From: a virus
Length of the DNA: 64,000 bases
Reading direction: 5' to 3' (one strand)
Virus record (IMG/VR): IMGVR_UViG_3300027996_000008
Both the position numbers and the translations under genes were made by a program. The stretch's first letter is position 1; each line of letters opens with the position of its first letter. The notes under the pieces are model-generated. The model saw nothing but the letters and a program-made list of their open reading frames with translations, searched no databases and was not told the DNA's origin. Positions 1 through 10,354 of this stretch are shown piece after piece.

Positions 1-372
1 AAGATCAACAGACTCTTCAACTTCTTTTTTCTCTTTCTCACCTTCCCAATTTTTATCTATATAATCATAAAATTCTTTTTTTTCTTCATCACTAAAATCA
101 TTTATATCTTCTTTCTTATCAAATTTCTTAGCAAACTTTTTTAAACTTATACTAAAAAATTCTTTATAATCTTTCTTTTCTTCAACAACAGGAAAAAAAT
201 GATTTTTCAATGTTGCTTTCATTTCATCAATTTTCTCTTCTAAATTTAAATCACACCAGTTTTCAAACATTTCAAATGTCTTTTCTGGATTGTCAACTAT
301 ATCCATAAAAGAATTAATTTTTTCTTTCTCTAGATTTTCAAGAATAGTTTTAATCTCCATTTTAATCTCCAT
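1..372 (-). CDS. Probable prohead core/scaffolding protein, 5' part only (runs off window)
   Basis: Open frame MEIKMEIKTILENLEKEKINSF...KKFAKKFDKKKDINDFSDEEKKNFYDYIDKNW directly downstream of the prohead protease, the gp22 position in T4-like head modules. Confidence 0.6.
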   Translation of the reverse strand, partial: MEIKMEIKTILENLEKEKINSFMDIVDNPEKTFEMFENWCDLNLEEKIDEMKATLKNHFFPVVEEKKDYKEFFSISLKKFAKKFDKKEDINDFSDEEKKEFYDYIDKNWEGEKEKKEVEESVDL

Positions 373-390
373 TTATTAATAATTCATATA

Positions 391-1056
391 TTATTTATTT
401 AATTCATTAATTAACTTATTAAATGCTTTAATTCTTTCTTCAGATAGATTTGATGTATTTCTAACATCTTTTTGAATATCTTCTATTAATTTCAATTTAA
501 AAATCTCTTCCATTCTTTTGTCATTTTCCATAATCATTTCAAGAAAAACTTCTGGAAAAACTTGTGCTGATGGATTGTAAACAATATCACCAATAGACTC
601 AATAGAAAAATTAGTAACTAAATTGTAACTTTCATTGTTATTTTTAACATTAACTAGTTTTCCTCGACCTTTACTGGAAACACCAGGCTTAAACCCTTCA
701 TCAATTAATACTTTTATCGCTTTTCCATTTGGTGTGTCAAGAATCTTAGCCTCAGCAAATATATTATTTCCATTCATTTTAGCTAATATAAACTTATGTG
801 ATATTCTATGAAGTTCAATAGTTCCATTTTCACCATGATCTAATTCACCATACATTCGATTTGATTCAATAATTGGTTGAATTCTTTCAATCTCTTTTTC
901 GAATTCATTTTTTTGATATTTTCTACCATTTAGATTTTTTTTCTCAGATACCATCCAATCACCTTTGATGATATAATCTTTTTTGTCACCATTTGACTCT
1001 GTGATAATCTCATAGTCATCATTTGAAATGTTTTCTATTAATTTTTTGTCAGTCAT
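391..1056 (-). CDS. gp21: Prohead core protein protease
   Basis: YGELDHG, N-GR-Y and GVSSKG motifs of the T4 gp21 family; head-module synteny. Confidence 0.93.
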   Translation of the reverse strand: MTDKKLIENISNDDYEIITESNGDKKDYIIKGDWMVSEKKNLNGRKYQKNEFEKEIERIQPIIESNRMYGELDHGENGTIELHRISHKFILAKMNGNNIFAEAKILDTPNGKAIKVLIDEGFKPGVSSKGRGKLVNVKNNNESYNLVTNFSIESIGDIVYNPSAQVFPEVFLEMIMENDKRMEEIFKLKLIEDIQKDVRNTSNLSEERIKAFNKLINELNK

Positions 1057-1073
1057 TTTTTCTTCCTCATATA

Positions 1074-1334
1074 TTATTTAATTTTTTGAAAACTTTCATC
1101 CCAACTAACAAGATTTTTACCACTTATTGCTTTATCCAGATAAACTTTTGGAATTCCATCTTTTTTTAATAAAAGACCTGAAATCAATTTGACCTTTCCC
1201 CAAGGATCAATCGATTTTTTAATAACTCTATCTCCATATTTAAGACCATTTTTTCTCAACATTCTTCCAGATCTCATTAACCATTTTTTTGTCAACCATA
1301 ATAATCCTCCAATTAGAATGTATTTCTTCATCAC
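1074..1334 (-). CDS. Small basic protein between portal and protease (gp67/gp68 position)
   Basis: Fills the gap between gp20 and gp21, overlaps the portal stop; no motif recognised. Confidence 0.45.
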   Translation of the reverse strand: MMKKYILIGGLLWLTKKWLMRSGRMLRKNGLKYGDRVIKKSIDPWGKVKLISGLLLKKDGIPKVYLDKAISGKNLVSWDESFQKIK

Positions 1335-2755
1335 ATTTCCTCATTTGATGGATTTTGTTTTTCCCACTCTTTAGCATCTTTTTTATATTGTTTTATTTCT
1401 TCATCATTTTGACCAAGAACTTCCTTTCTAAGATAAGGCTCACCATACCATTTTAATATTTGATCACCATATTGTTGAAGCATTTCCATTCTAGCTTCTA
1501 ATTTAGCTCTTTTCTTTGCTTCATAATATATTGAATCATTCTTAAATTTGTATCTAATATCATTTTTAACTTCGTTGTATTCAGTTTTTTGAAAAGATCC
1601 CTTTAAGTTTCCATGAATTCCTATTAATTCTGTAAATAGTAAAGAAAATCTCTTTCTTAGATAATTCTTAAATTCTTGAAAATCATTTTCATCTCTTGAT
1701 ATTTCTTCTGTTCTCGCTCCAAAAGCAAATGAAGCTTCTGGTTGTAATCTACTAACTGGAACATGTAATGCATTATAGACTTCTTCACGAAAATATTTAA
1801 CATCATCTAAATTATCAAATCCAGATGCACCACTTCCACCAATTGAATCAATAGAATGACCTCCATTTTGAGAGTTTGTTTTTGCAAACCAGAAATTTTC
1901 TTGCATTGCCATTGTCATATTTGAACTATTCAATTCACCAGTTAGAGTATCAATGTTAAATTTAGATCTATATTTAGACATCATATTTTTTATATATTGT
2001 TGTCCTTTCTTTTTATTTTTACCAGCAACATCAATTTGAAAAATATATCTTTCAGGTGCTCTAACAAATCTATAAACAACTAAAGAATTTTCTAACATAT
2101 TAAGTAAATTCACTGGTCTTATTGCTTTGTTAAGATATCCAATATTCATATTTGTTGTTGGATCAACCAACCCAGATGGTATAAAAATAACATTCTTAAA
2201 ATTTATTTGTCTCTTACCTTTTGGAAAATCATATTCATAAATTAATTTTGTTCCTTCTTTTACTAATGTTAATTTACATCTATCAAGTACTCTAATTTCA
2301 GTTATTCCTTTTTTATCCTGTCCTTCAAAATAAACAAATAATCCACCATCAATATACCACTGTTTAACATGGTCTACACCATACATATCAAATAACAACA
2401 TTCTTTTCACTTCTGAAAATAATTCTGGAATAGCATTTTTTATTCTTTTTTCAGCAGTAGAATTTAATGTGTTAAGCTTATCTACATTAATATCAACAAC
2501 ACTCTCACCATCTTCAGATATAACCATACCATTTGAAATAATAGTGACAGCCTTTGAAACTTTTGGAAATTGAGCATATCTTCTATATTTTCTAACTAGT
2601 TCTTTAATTCCTTGATCTTTTTTCACTTGATCATCAGATTCAAAGAATTTACCAAAGAAATTTCCAGCAGAAATATAATCCTTATCAACAACTACCTGAT
2701 TAAAATTACTTGCATCAAGTTCTTTTGTAAATCTACTTTCTTTTAAATCTCTCAT
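1331..2755 (-). CDS. gp20: Portal vertex protein
   Basis: WYIDG, YLNKAIRP-N-L-MLENSLVVYRFVRAPERYIFQIDV, YF---YNAL-VP-SRL and EISRDE motifs. Confidence 0.97.
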   Translation of the reverse strand: MRDLKESRFTKELDASNFNQVVVDKDYISAGNFFGKFFESDDQVKKDQGIKELVRKYRRYAQFPKVSKAVTIISNGMVISEDGESVVDINVDKLNTLNSTAEKRIKNAIPELFSEVKRMLLFDMYGVDHVKQWYIDGGLFVYFEGQDKKGITEIRVLDRCKLTLVKEGTKLIYEYDFPKGKRQINFKNVIFIPSGLVDPTTNMNIGYLNKAIRPVNLLNMLENSLVVYRFVRAPERYIFQIDVAGKNKKKGQQYIKNMMSKYRSKFNIDTLTGELNSSNMTMAMQENFWFAKTNSQNGGHSIDSIGGSGASGFDNLDDVKYFREEVYNALHVPVSRLQPEASFAFGARTEEISRDENDFQEFKNYLRKRFSLLFTELIGIHGNLKGSFQKTEYNEVKNDIRYKFKNDSIYYEAKKRAKLEARMEMLQQYGDQILKWYGEPYLRKEVLGQNDEEIKQYKKDAKEWEKQNPSNEEM

Positions 2756-2788
2756 TTTATTTTCCTATTTTATTTTTTATATCTATTT

Positions 2789-2796
2789 TATTTATA
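2789..2796 (-). promoter_or_regulatory. T4-type late promoter TATAAATA upstream of portal
   Basis: Exact octamer. The same octamer precedes other late genes: 4699(-), 17895(-), 22494, 23280, 24273, 29873, 32671(-), 46830, 48192(-), 52230(-). Confidence 0.75.
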
Positions 2797-2800
2797 TTTT

Positions 2801-3466
2801 CTAATAAATATTATTCCAGTTGTTGTTTTTATATTTGTTATATTGTTCAGCAACGTATTTATAAGTTTCTGACGCACTCGAATTATTCCATTTTGGCAAT
2901 ATAACTCTAGATGCGTTTTCATATTCAGAAGGATTTATTAATGTCCATTTTGATCTAATATGTGATATTAAATATGTACGAATAGCTGCACGTAAATATT
3001 TTCCAGGACCACCAATGGAGCCTGTGTATATTGCATTCATGTATCGACCTATAACAGGTTCAAATACATTTGGAGGAACAGAATCTAAATCATTTGGATC
3101 ATATCCTTTCTTTGATGCTGTTTTTTCCATCAATGTTGTTAATTGTTCAAAAAATGCTAATCTTAGATCAGGTCTAAGATAGTGAGTATTTATACCTTTT
3201 ATTTTTGGACCACTCGCTCCAGCTTCACCACTAAAAGGAAAGAACATTGGAATGCTATCCCAAGTTTCAAGTGTTTTTTTATTTAGTGCATCATACGTCA
3301 TAACATATAAATTCCAATTTCTTATTTTTTTAGCAGATTGCCCAAAATCTGTTATATCTGTTGGTCTACTATCTTTCTTCTTGTTTGAAATAGTTCTTTT
3401 GAACAAATTAGCAAACCAGCTGCCTGCACGCTTTAATTTATTTTCTTGTATTTTTGTAATTAACAT
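2801..3466 (-). CDS. gp2: DNA end protector protein
   Basis: Y-YDA--K-TL--WD--P and GIN-HYL-P-LR motifs of the T4 gp2 family. Confidence 0.85.
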   Translation of the reverse strand: MLITKIQENKLKRAGSWFANLFKRTISNKKKDSRPTDITDFGQSAKKIRNWNLYVMTYDALNKKTLETWDSIPMFFPFSGEAGASGPKIKGINTHYLRPDLRLAFFEQLTTLMEKTASKKGYDPNDLDSVPPNVFEPVIGRYMNAIYTGSIGGPGKYLRAAIRTYLISHIRSKWTLINPSEYENASRVILPKWNNSSASETYKYVAEQYNKYKNNNWNNIY

Positions 3467-4676
3467 TTTTAATCCATATATTTAAATGTTTTTTGATAAT
3501 TTCTTCTATATTATAAAAATTGTAATAAGAAATTCTAAGCAATTTAATATTATTTGAACTTGCGAAATTAGTTTTTATTTCATCTCTCAACATAATATTA
3601 ATAAAATTAATGTTCATAGTTTCCTGAGTTCTATTACTACTAAAACTAAAAGGTTTAAAGTGTTGTTCGCCATCATATTCTATCAGAATGTTTAATGATG
3701 GTATATAAAAATCGAAAGGCAGATGCAATATGTTTTTACACTCATCAAACCGTTTTTGTGTTTCAAACTCTATATAATTTGATTCTAATATTTTAGCAAT
3801 TATTTCTTCCCCTTTAGACCTTTTACATTTGGGACATCTTTTTCCACTACTGAAGTTTGTCCAATTCATTTTAAATACATGTCCACTTGAACATTTTATT
3901 TCAAGATTACTATGTGAATTTATATATTCTTTGCTTAATAATATATAACCTTCTTGTTCAACATACTTTCTAATTTCTTCAATAGTTTTCTTTTTATTAC
4001 CATAACACACCGGACATCTATTTCCAAACATAAAATTATTCCAACACATTTTAAATATATGACCATCTGGACAAATCATATCTAATTTTGTCGAATTATT
4101 AATATAAGTATCACTCAAAAGTTTATATTCTTTTGATTCTACAAATTCTCTAATTTCTTCAATAGTTTTCTTTTTATTACCATAACACACCGGACATCTT
4201 TGACCTTGTTGAAATCTATCAAAATTCATTTTAAATACATGACCATATGGACAAATCATATTTAGATTAGTTTTATTATTAATATAATCTTTACACAAAA
4301 GCTTATAATCTTTAAAACTTTCAATATATTTCTTAACTTCTGATATTGATAATCTCTTTGATTCATTGCAGCAAATTGGGCATCTTTGACCTTGTTGAAA
4401 GCAATCCCATCTCATCTTGAATTTGTGACACTTAATACACTGAATTTCTAGAATAGTTTTACTATTAATATAAGCATCACTTAAAAGTTTATACCCATCT
4501 ACAGATTCTACAAATTGTCTAATATATTTTATTAGTATTTTTCCAGCTATATCTTTATGCATTCTATTAACATGAATACTAAGACCAGATAAACTTTTAA
4601 ATGTTCTTTCACATTCACAACAAAAAAAATTATTTTCTTCGCTCAATGTTAAGTTTTTTACTACCATCATATCCAT
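3438..4676 (-). CDS. Free-standing homing-endonuclease-like protein: C2H2 finger, repeated C-x-GH-F-M...G-RCP-C zinc modules, C-terminal PD-(D/E)xK/Vsr-like nuclease
   Basis: CCECERTFKSLSGLSIHVNRMH; four ~60-aa Zn modules; FDFYIPSLNILIEYDGEQHF; own late promoter at 4699. Confidence 0.8.
   Translation of the reverse strand: MDMMVVKNLTLSEENNFFCCECERTFKSLSGLSIHVNRMHKDIAGKILIKYIRQFVESVDGYKLLSDAYINSKTILEIQCIKCHKFKMRWDCFQQGQRCPICCNESKRLSISEVKKYIESFKDYKLLCKDYINNKTNLNMICPYGHVFKMNFDRFQQGQRCPVCYGNKKKTIEEIREFVESKEYKLLSDTYINNSTKLDMICPDGHIFKMCWNNFMFGNRCPVCYGNKKKTIEEIRKYVEQEGYILLSKEYINSHSNLEIKCSSGHVFKMNWTNFSSGKRCPKCKRSKGEEIIAKILESNYIEFETQKRFDECKNILHLPFDFYIPSLNILIEYDGEQHFKPFSFSSNRTQETMNINFINIMLRDEIKTNFASSNNIKLLRISYYNFYNIEEIIKKHLNIWIKNVNYKNTRK
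3969..4199. repeat. 51-bp exact direct repeat, period 180 bp, inside the endonuclease
   Basis: tctaatttcttcaatagttttctttttattaccataacacaccggacatct at 3969-4019 and 4149-4199. Confidence 0.9.
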
Positions 4677-4701
4677 ACATTTTGTTAATAACTATTTCTA
4701 T

Positions 4702-5244
4702 TTATAAATTTAATCCTAGTTCTTCAGTAGTCCACAATTTAAATTTAGTTTCATATCTAAAATTAGCATCAGGATGATCAGTTAAAATCAAAAATATTAA
4801 ATCATTCTTTTCAGCAAATCTCTTTGTTGCTTCCCATTTAGCCATATTAACCATATATGTTCTAATTTGTTTTTGATATGTTGATTCTCTTTTTTTTGAT
4901 TTTCTTCCTGTCTTTGTTAATGATTTTGTTGGTGGTTGTGTTTGTGCAAATGGTTTTACTTCACATAACACTCTTTTTATTTCTCCATTTTTATCGGTAA
5001 TTTCAAAATAAAAATCCATAAAATATCTATGTTTATTGCCATCAATTGGTGAAATATAATTTATTATAACCTCTTCCATAACTAGTTTTGTAACACATTT
5101 ATTATTTAATAGATATTTGCAGAAATCTCTTTCCCATCCAGATCTATATATTATTTGATTAGAATTACCACAATACTTCTTTTTGTGTTCTTCAGTAATT
5201 AAAAAGATTTTTCCTTGTTGATAGTTTGGTTTTTTTCTCACCAT
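4702..5244 (-). CDS. gp4: Head completion protein (TnsA-like nuclease fold)
   Basis: YRSGWER-FC-Y, Y-SPIDG--HRYF-DF, EVKP--QT-PP and N-AKWEA motifs. Confidence 0.92.
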   Translation of the reverse strand: MVRKKPNYQQGKIFLITEEHKKKYCGNSNQIIYRSGWERDFCKYLLNNKCVTKLVMEEVIINYISPIDGNKHRYFMDFYFEITDKNGEIKRVLCEVKPFAQTQPPTKSLTKTGRKSKKRESTYQKQIRTYMVNMAKWEATKRFAEKNDLIFLILTDHPDANFRYETKFKLWTTEELGLNL

Positions 5245-5286
5245 TTTAATAATCCCATATAATTAATATATGAAACTATTTATTTT

Positions 5287-5532
5287 TTATGATTTTTTTC
5301 TTAGATAGAATTCATTTGTTTTAGAGATATAATCGAATATATGAGAAATTTCTTGATATATTTCATTATATTCGTCTTTTTCAACAATAATTTTATTATT
5401 TATCATATCCACTTGAAATTTACAATTATCTAAATTATTAGTTATATATAAAATTATGATATTACGTTCAATATCATTTTGAATATTAACATCTATATAT
5501 ATTTTATCTATAGTTAGTATTAATTCAATCAT
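5287..5532 (-). CDS. Hypothetical protein
   Basis: Part of a translationally coupled minus-strand operon. Confidence 0.6.
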   Translation of the reverse strand: MIELILTIDKIYIDVNIQNDIERNIIILYITNNLDNCKFQVDMINNKIIVEKDEYNEIYQEISHIFDYISKTNEFYLRKKS

Positions 5533-5708
5533 TTCTTGCTATCTTCTATATATTTCATAATAACATCATAATCAAATCCAATCTTTTCACAATCTTTTCT
5601 TAATCGTTCTTCAAATTCAATATTAAATTTCCTTTCAATAATTTCATTTGCATTAATTTCGTAATATTCTTTAAGTTTTTTAAAATATTTTTTAATTAAC
5701 TTAATCAT
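5529..5708 (-). CDS. Hypothetical protein (59 aa, not in ORF track)
   Basis: MIKLIKKYFKKLKEYYEINANE...; ATGA overlaps at both ends. Confidence 0.6.
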   Translation of the reverse strand: MIKLIKKYFKKLKEYYEINANEIIERKFNIEFEERLRKDCEKIGFDYDVIMKYIEDSKK

Positions 5709-6037
5709 AATATTATTTGCCTTCCAACAATTTTATTGTATTTATTTTCTAAAAAATCAGCATATGATTTATTAGTAATAGCTATCATTTTTACAGTTTT
5801 TAAATCTTTATATTCAGATTCATCATAATCATATATTGGTCTATCATCAGAATTTGACAAACCATATGGAAATATTGGTAATATATATTCATCTATTTCA
5901 ACTTGTTGTGTCTGTGGATTCATTTGTGCTTCTGATTTCAATATAAAACAATCTTTCATTTTGTTATCTATGTAATCGCCTATTATATAAGTTGTTCCAA
6001 CACGTGCTATTGCTACAGTCATTTTATTCTCCTTCAT
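5705..6037 (-). CDS. Hypothetical protein
   Basis: SD plus operon packing. Confidence 0.65.
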   Translation of the reverse strand: MKENKMTVAIARVGTTYIIGDYIDNKMKDCFILKSEAQMNPQTQQVEIDEYILPIFPYGLSNSDDRPIYDYDESEYKDLKTVKMIAITNKSYADFLENKYNKIVGRQIIL

Positions 6038-6359
6038 TAATTTTCATTTCATCACTACTTCTTAACTTACTTAACAAATCCCAATTGCCTTTTTTTGTGC
6101 AAATGTAAAATGTAAATTCATCTCTAAATGTTTTTCTTAATGCCATTTTCAAAATCTGTTTTGCAACTTCAAAAAAATTATAACATTTCAAAGACCGTGT
6201 GAATTGTAATTTCAATTTATTTTGTGAATCTTTATTTTCATGAATTGTTAGTTTTCTTTTTCTAATATCCAATTCAGCACCATTTCCATCATCATCAAGA
6301 TAACTAATATATTCAAATTTTTTTTTGATATATTTTATGTACGATTTTTTTATATTCAT
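6024..6359 (-). CDS. Hypothetical protein
   Basis: Operon packing. Confidence 0.6.
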   Translation of the reverse strand: MNIKKSYIKYIKKKFEYISYLDDDGNGAELDIRKRKLTIHENKDSQNKLKLQFTRSLKCYNFFEVAKQILKMALRKTFRDEFTFYICTKKGNWDLLSKLRSSDEMKINEGE

Positions 6360-6712
6360 ACCTGATACCTAGAACAAATTTCTTCAATTTTCATATCAAT
6401 TTTAAAACTATCTAATTCAATTTCACATTCTTTTATTTCATCTTCAAGATCAACCAAAAGTTTAGATTTTGTATTATATTCTTTATGCTCTACAAGCGCA
6501 TATTTCAGTGCCGAATCACGTTTTGTTGCATTAGAATATAGAGCCTTACCCTTATCATCTTTCTTCTCTGTAATATTATCTAAGAGTGTTTGTTTGATTT
6601 CTGAAATTTGTATTGATAATTCTTTTTTCTTGTTATGTAATTCCTTTAATTTATAACGTCTTTTAATTATGTTGTCTTTTATATACAACAGTTGTTTTCT
6701 TAATAAACTCAT
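6356..6712 (-). CDS. Hypothetical coiled-coil protein
   Basis: GGAGG SD; heptad-like charged sequence. Confidence 0.65.
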   Translation of the reverse strand: MSLLRKQLLYIKDNIIKRRYKLKELHNKKKELSIQISEIKQTLLDNITEKKDDKGKALYSNATKRDSALKYALVEHKEYNTKSKLLVDLEDEIKECEIELDSFKIDMKIEEICSRYQV

Positions 6713-6737
6713 GATTACCTCCTATTTTGTTTATTTA

Positions 6738-6989
6738 TTAAATAGCATTTCTTATTTCTATAATATACATTGTTTTTGTTTTTCTGCATGTTAACCAATA
6801 ATTATTATATCCACGCTTAATTTTTATCGGATGTTTTCCTGTTATTTTAATATTTCTTTCATACAGAAAAAACGTATCATTGTATATTTTTTCTGTTTCA
6901 TTTTCTTTTATATATTTTCCAGCTATTTCTAATGCAACCCAAAACTGAATACTATTCACTCGGCTTATTTTTATATCATTTAGAAACAT
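6738..6989 (-). CDS. Hypothetical protein
   Basis: GGAG SD; operon packing. Confidence 0.6.
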   Translation of the reverse strand: MFLNDIKISRVNSIQFWVALEIAGKYIKENETEKIYNDTFFLYERNIKITGKHPIKIKRGYNNYWLTCRKTKTMYIIEIRNAI

Positions 6990-6991
6990 TT

Positions 6992-9088
6992 TTAATTCTC
7001 CAATTGTTTATAATTTGTAAATCTGCCATTCATTTCAACTTTAATTTCATTATCACATAACGCTTTTGTATTATTATCATGTGATATCAAGTATATATAT
7101 GAAATATCATTTTTCAATTCTTTTAATATCACTAACAAATCATTGATCCCATTTTCATCTAAAGAACTATTTAATATTTCATCAAAAAAAATAGCTGGAA
7201 AAGTCTGATTTGTTTTAATTTTCATGAATTGTATGAAAACAAACATAATAACTAAATTCAATCGTTGTCTTTGCCCAGATGATGGTGACCAAAAAGAAAC
7301 ATTTTTTCCTCTTCTAACAATATCAACATCTAGCCCATTTCTATTAAATTTGATCATAAACTTAGAATTAATAGCTTCACAATATTTCTTAGCAATTTGA
7401 TTCAAAAATGGAACTGATTTTCCAATTATATATTTTTTGATACCATTATCTCCAACACACAATAGAAGATTTAATAAATTATTCTTTTTGTCGTTCTTTT
7501 CTTCAATAAAAATATTCAATCTTTCAATTCTTTCTTCTATTTCTTTTACTTGTGTATCATCATTTAATGTTTTAATTTTTATATTATTTTCTTCAATTCT
7601 TTTTTCGTTTGATTTAGTTTCTTGATTCTTTAAAGAGATATCAGAAATAATTTTGTTGTATTTAGAATTGTTTTCGTTTGATTTAGAAATAATTTTATTA
7701 TTTTCTTCAATTCTTTTTTCAATTTTTGTCTTTGCTTTATGTAATTTTTCAATATACTCTTCATCAATTTCAACAATTTTTGATTTATCAGTTTTTATAT
7801 CTGTTTCTAATTGTGCTATTGATTCATTTAATTGTTTAATCTTGATATTATTTTCATAAACATTTCTTTCATATTCTTTTAATTCTTTTTCATATTTTGA
7901 ATATTGTTGTTTATGATCATTGAGTCTTTCTAGTTCTTTTTTAATTAATTCACAAGATTTTAAATTTTTATCTATTATTTTATTATTATTTTTCAATTGT
8001 TCAGCTTTAAATATTTCATTGATAAATTGCCCACATTCCTTACATTCATCATTTTTCTCATAGAATTTATTTGCTTTAAATAATAGATTAGATTCATTTT
8101 TGATATTTGATAGATTTAGTTTACTTTGTTCAACTTTAGAATTAATATCATCTATAATCAATTGTGTTAAAGGTTTTTGATAGATTATATTTTCATTTTC
8201 AGATAATTCTTTCTTTTTCTCCTTCAAATCAACATTCTTTTTCTCAATTGACTTTTTAGATTCTTCAACCTTTTCTTTATTTGCTTCTTTTCGTATTATT
8301 GTTTTTTCACATTTTAAAAGTTTTTCTTTCAAATCAATATTCTTTTTCTCATATTCATCAGAATCTAACAATGTAAAATTATCTTTTTCAGTCTCAAATG
8401 TTTTTAATTCATCTAAACATGTTTTTAATAGTTCTTCTCGATTAGAATTATCGTCATATAAAGACTGTTTTTGATTTTCTATAGAAACAATCACAGTGTT
8501 CTTTTTTTCACTTAGAATTGCTTTATTTTGAGTTGAATTACTTATTTCATTATCAAGTATTTTTATATCCTTTTTTATTAATTCTTTCATTTCATCATAT
8601 TTCATCAAATCAAAAATTGGTCTAATAAAATCTCTTTTTTTATCTTTAGTTAATGATAAAAAAGGAACATAAAATTCAGCATCAAGAAAAATTGTTTGAC
8701 TTGCAATTTTTGGATTAACATTTAATAATTTATGAATATCATCTGAAAAACTTTTTTCATCTGAAAAATTTTGTTTTTTATCGTCTTTAAACAAATAAAA
8801 ATCATCTTTATCTTTACATTTTAAAGATCTTCCAACAATATATTCTAAATTATTTTTTGTAAATTGTAATTCAACAAACATATTTTTCTTATTGTCCCAA
8901 TTAATTAATTCTGTTTTAGATTTTTTATCACCAACATTATTAAACAAAATTAGTTTTAATGCTTTAATAATTGTTGATTTTCCAACACCATTTTCACCTG
9001 ATAAAAGATTAATCCCATCTTTAAAATTAATTGTTTGTGGTTTATTTCCAACTGATAAAAAATTTCTAAGAATTAATTTTTTAAACAT
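6992..9088 (-). CDS. gp46: Recombination endonuclease ATPase subunit (Rad50/SbcC-like)
   Basis: Walker A GENGVGKST, zinc hook CKECGQ, signature SSGQRQR, Walker B FFDEIL, ISH. Confidence 0.95.
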   Translation of the reverse strand: MFKKLILRNFLSVGNKPQTINFKDGINLLSGENGVGKSTIIKALKLILFNNVGDKKSKTELINWDNKKNMFVELQFTKNNLEYIVGRSLKCKDKDDFYLFKDDKKQNFSDEKSFSDDIHKLLNVNPKIASQTIFLDAEFYVPFLSLTKDKKRDFIRPIFDLMKYDEMKELIKKDIKILDNEISNSTQNKAILSEKKNTVIVSIENQKQSLYDDNSNREELLKTCLDELKTFETEKDNFTLLDSDEYEKKNIDLKEKLLKCEKTIIRKEANKEKVEESKKSIEKKNVDLKEKKKELSENENIIYQKPLTQLIIDDINSKVEQSKLNLSNIKNESNLLFKANKFYEKNDECKECGQFINEIFKAEQLKNNNKIIDKNLKSCELIKKELERLNDHKQQYSKYEKELKEYERNVYENNIKIKQLNESIAQLETDIKTDKSKIVEIDEEYIEKLHKAKTKIEKRIEENNKIISKSNENNSKYNKIISDISLKNQETKSNEKRIEENNIKIKTLNDDTQVKEIEERIERLNIFIEEKNDKKNNLLNLLLCVGDNGIKKYIIGKSVPFLNQIAKKYCEAINSKFMIKFNRNGLDVDIVRRGKNVSFWSPSSGQRQRLNLVIMFVFIQFMKIKTNQTFPAIFFDEILNSSLDENGINDLLVILKELKNDISYIYLISHDNNTKALCDNEIKVEMNGRFTNYKQLEN

Positions 9089-9474
9089 TAATAATCTCCA
9101 GTATTAAAAAGATATTTAACATCTAGCATTTGATATTCTTGATTAAATTCGTCAATTTCTTTATATAATTCTTCAGCTTGTAATTCAATTGGACCTTTAT
9201 CAATCTTATCTAAATCTTGAACTATTTTATTGACTTTCAAATAAAATTCAATATCACACTGACACAATGTTGAAGAATGTGTTAATTTATAAAATAAATT
9301 TTCATCAAATTGAATAAAAAATTCTTTGTCATTAATATCAAATGATATAACTAAACTATTACTTATAGAATCATTAGAAGCAATTATTTTTTGAAAATTA
9401 ATTATTGGTTCATCTATTATTTCTTCTATCATTTGTTTATTAATTTCTTCATAAACTTTTAAAATTCGTTTCAT
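9088..9474 (-). CDS. Hypothetical protein
   Basis: Likely start MKRILKV after AGGGG SD; the upstream extension in the track overlaps the previous gene. Confidence 0.6.
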   Translation of the reverse strand: MKRILKVYEEINKQMIEEIIDEPIINFQKIIASNDSISNSLVISFDINDKEFFIQFDENLFYKLTHSSTLCQCDIEFYLKVNKIVQDLDKIDKGPIELQAEELYKEIDEFNQEYQMLDVKYLFNTGDY

Positions 9475-9484
9475 TTTATTCCCT

Positions 9485-9799
9485 CTAGAAATTAGTTTCA
9501 TTTTCTTCACACATTTTATTCCACATTGATATAACATATCTAAGTTCTTCTTCAAATTCTTTAATATCAAAGTTATCGGTGATTTTTGTTGTTATTTCTT
9601 TGTGTGAACAATCATTTCCTAAAAATATTTCTTTAGAGTGTGGATAAATTTTTGTTTCTGAATCATATTGATAAACGATTAGCCATCCATGTTTTGATCT
9701 TATCTCAACTGGACCAACTCTAAGAAACATAGGCTTCTTAGCAATTAGTATTTCAAATGTACTTGAATATACCTTTTTTTCTACATGAAGATTCAACAT
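9485..9799 (-). CDS. Hypothetical protein
   Basis: GGAGG SD. Confidence 0.6.
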   Translation of the reverse strand: MLNLHVEKKVYSSTFEILIAKKPMFLRVGPVEIRSKHGWLIVYQYDSETKIYPHSKEIFLGNDCSHKEITTKITDNFDIKEFEEELRYVISMWNKMCEENETNF

Positions 9800-9800
9800 T

Positions 9801-10169
9801 TTATGCCTCCAAAAATTCTTTTTGAAATTTTTCTATTCTTTCATTTTCACGTCTATTGAAAATTCTTTCTGTTTCTGTTAAAAAATATTCAATTGTGTTT
9901 ATTTTATCTTTAAATTCTTTATTATTTTTTTCTATTCTTTTTTTAAAAATAATTTTATTTTTAGTTGTTGTTTCTAACTTAACTTTAATTTCATAACATA
10001 TATCAATATCACCAGTATCATCAATAATATTTTTTACTTCTATAACACTAATACTATAATCTTTATATTTAATATATCCTTTAGCTATAAAATTAGATTC
10101 TTTTAATCTACATAAAGTAATTTCATTGATTTTCTTAAATATCTTTTGTTCTAAATCATTCATTATCAC
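9801..10169 (-). CDS. Hypothetical protein
   Basis: GGAGG SD, downstream of a sigma70-type promoter. Confidence 0.65.
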   Translation of the reverse strand: MIMNDLEQKIFKKINEITLCRLKESNFIAKGYIKYKDYSISVIEVKNIIDDTGDIDICYEIKVKLETTTKNKIIFKKRIEKNNKEFKDKINTIEYFLTETERIFNRRENERIEKFQKEFLEA

Positions 10170-10188
10170 CTCCTTTAACTTTTATTTA

Positions 10189-10216
10189 ATTATACTTATT
10201 TTTCCTTATTTGTCAA
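10189..10216 (-). promoter_or_regulatory. Sigma70-type early promoter
   Basis: TTGACA-16-TATAAT, spacer ends AAG. Confidence 0.75.
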
Positions 10217-10286
10217 GTTTTCTATTTTTTTATCTAATTCTTCTATTTTTGAAATCATTTTTGAAATTAACTGAACCATTTTTATT

Positions 10287-10337
10287 CCTCCAAAGAACAA
10301 CTTTAATATATTATACTTATAATTTAAAGAATGTCAA
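10287..10337 (-). promoter_or_regulatory. Sigma70-type early promoter with GTTGTTCTTTG leader and GGAGG
   Basis: TTGACA-16-TATAAT followed by gttgttctttggagg. Confidence 0.7.
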
Positions 10338-10354
10338 GAATTATTTAAATAAAA

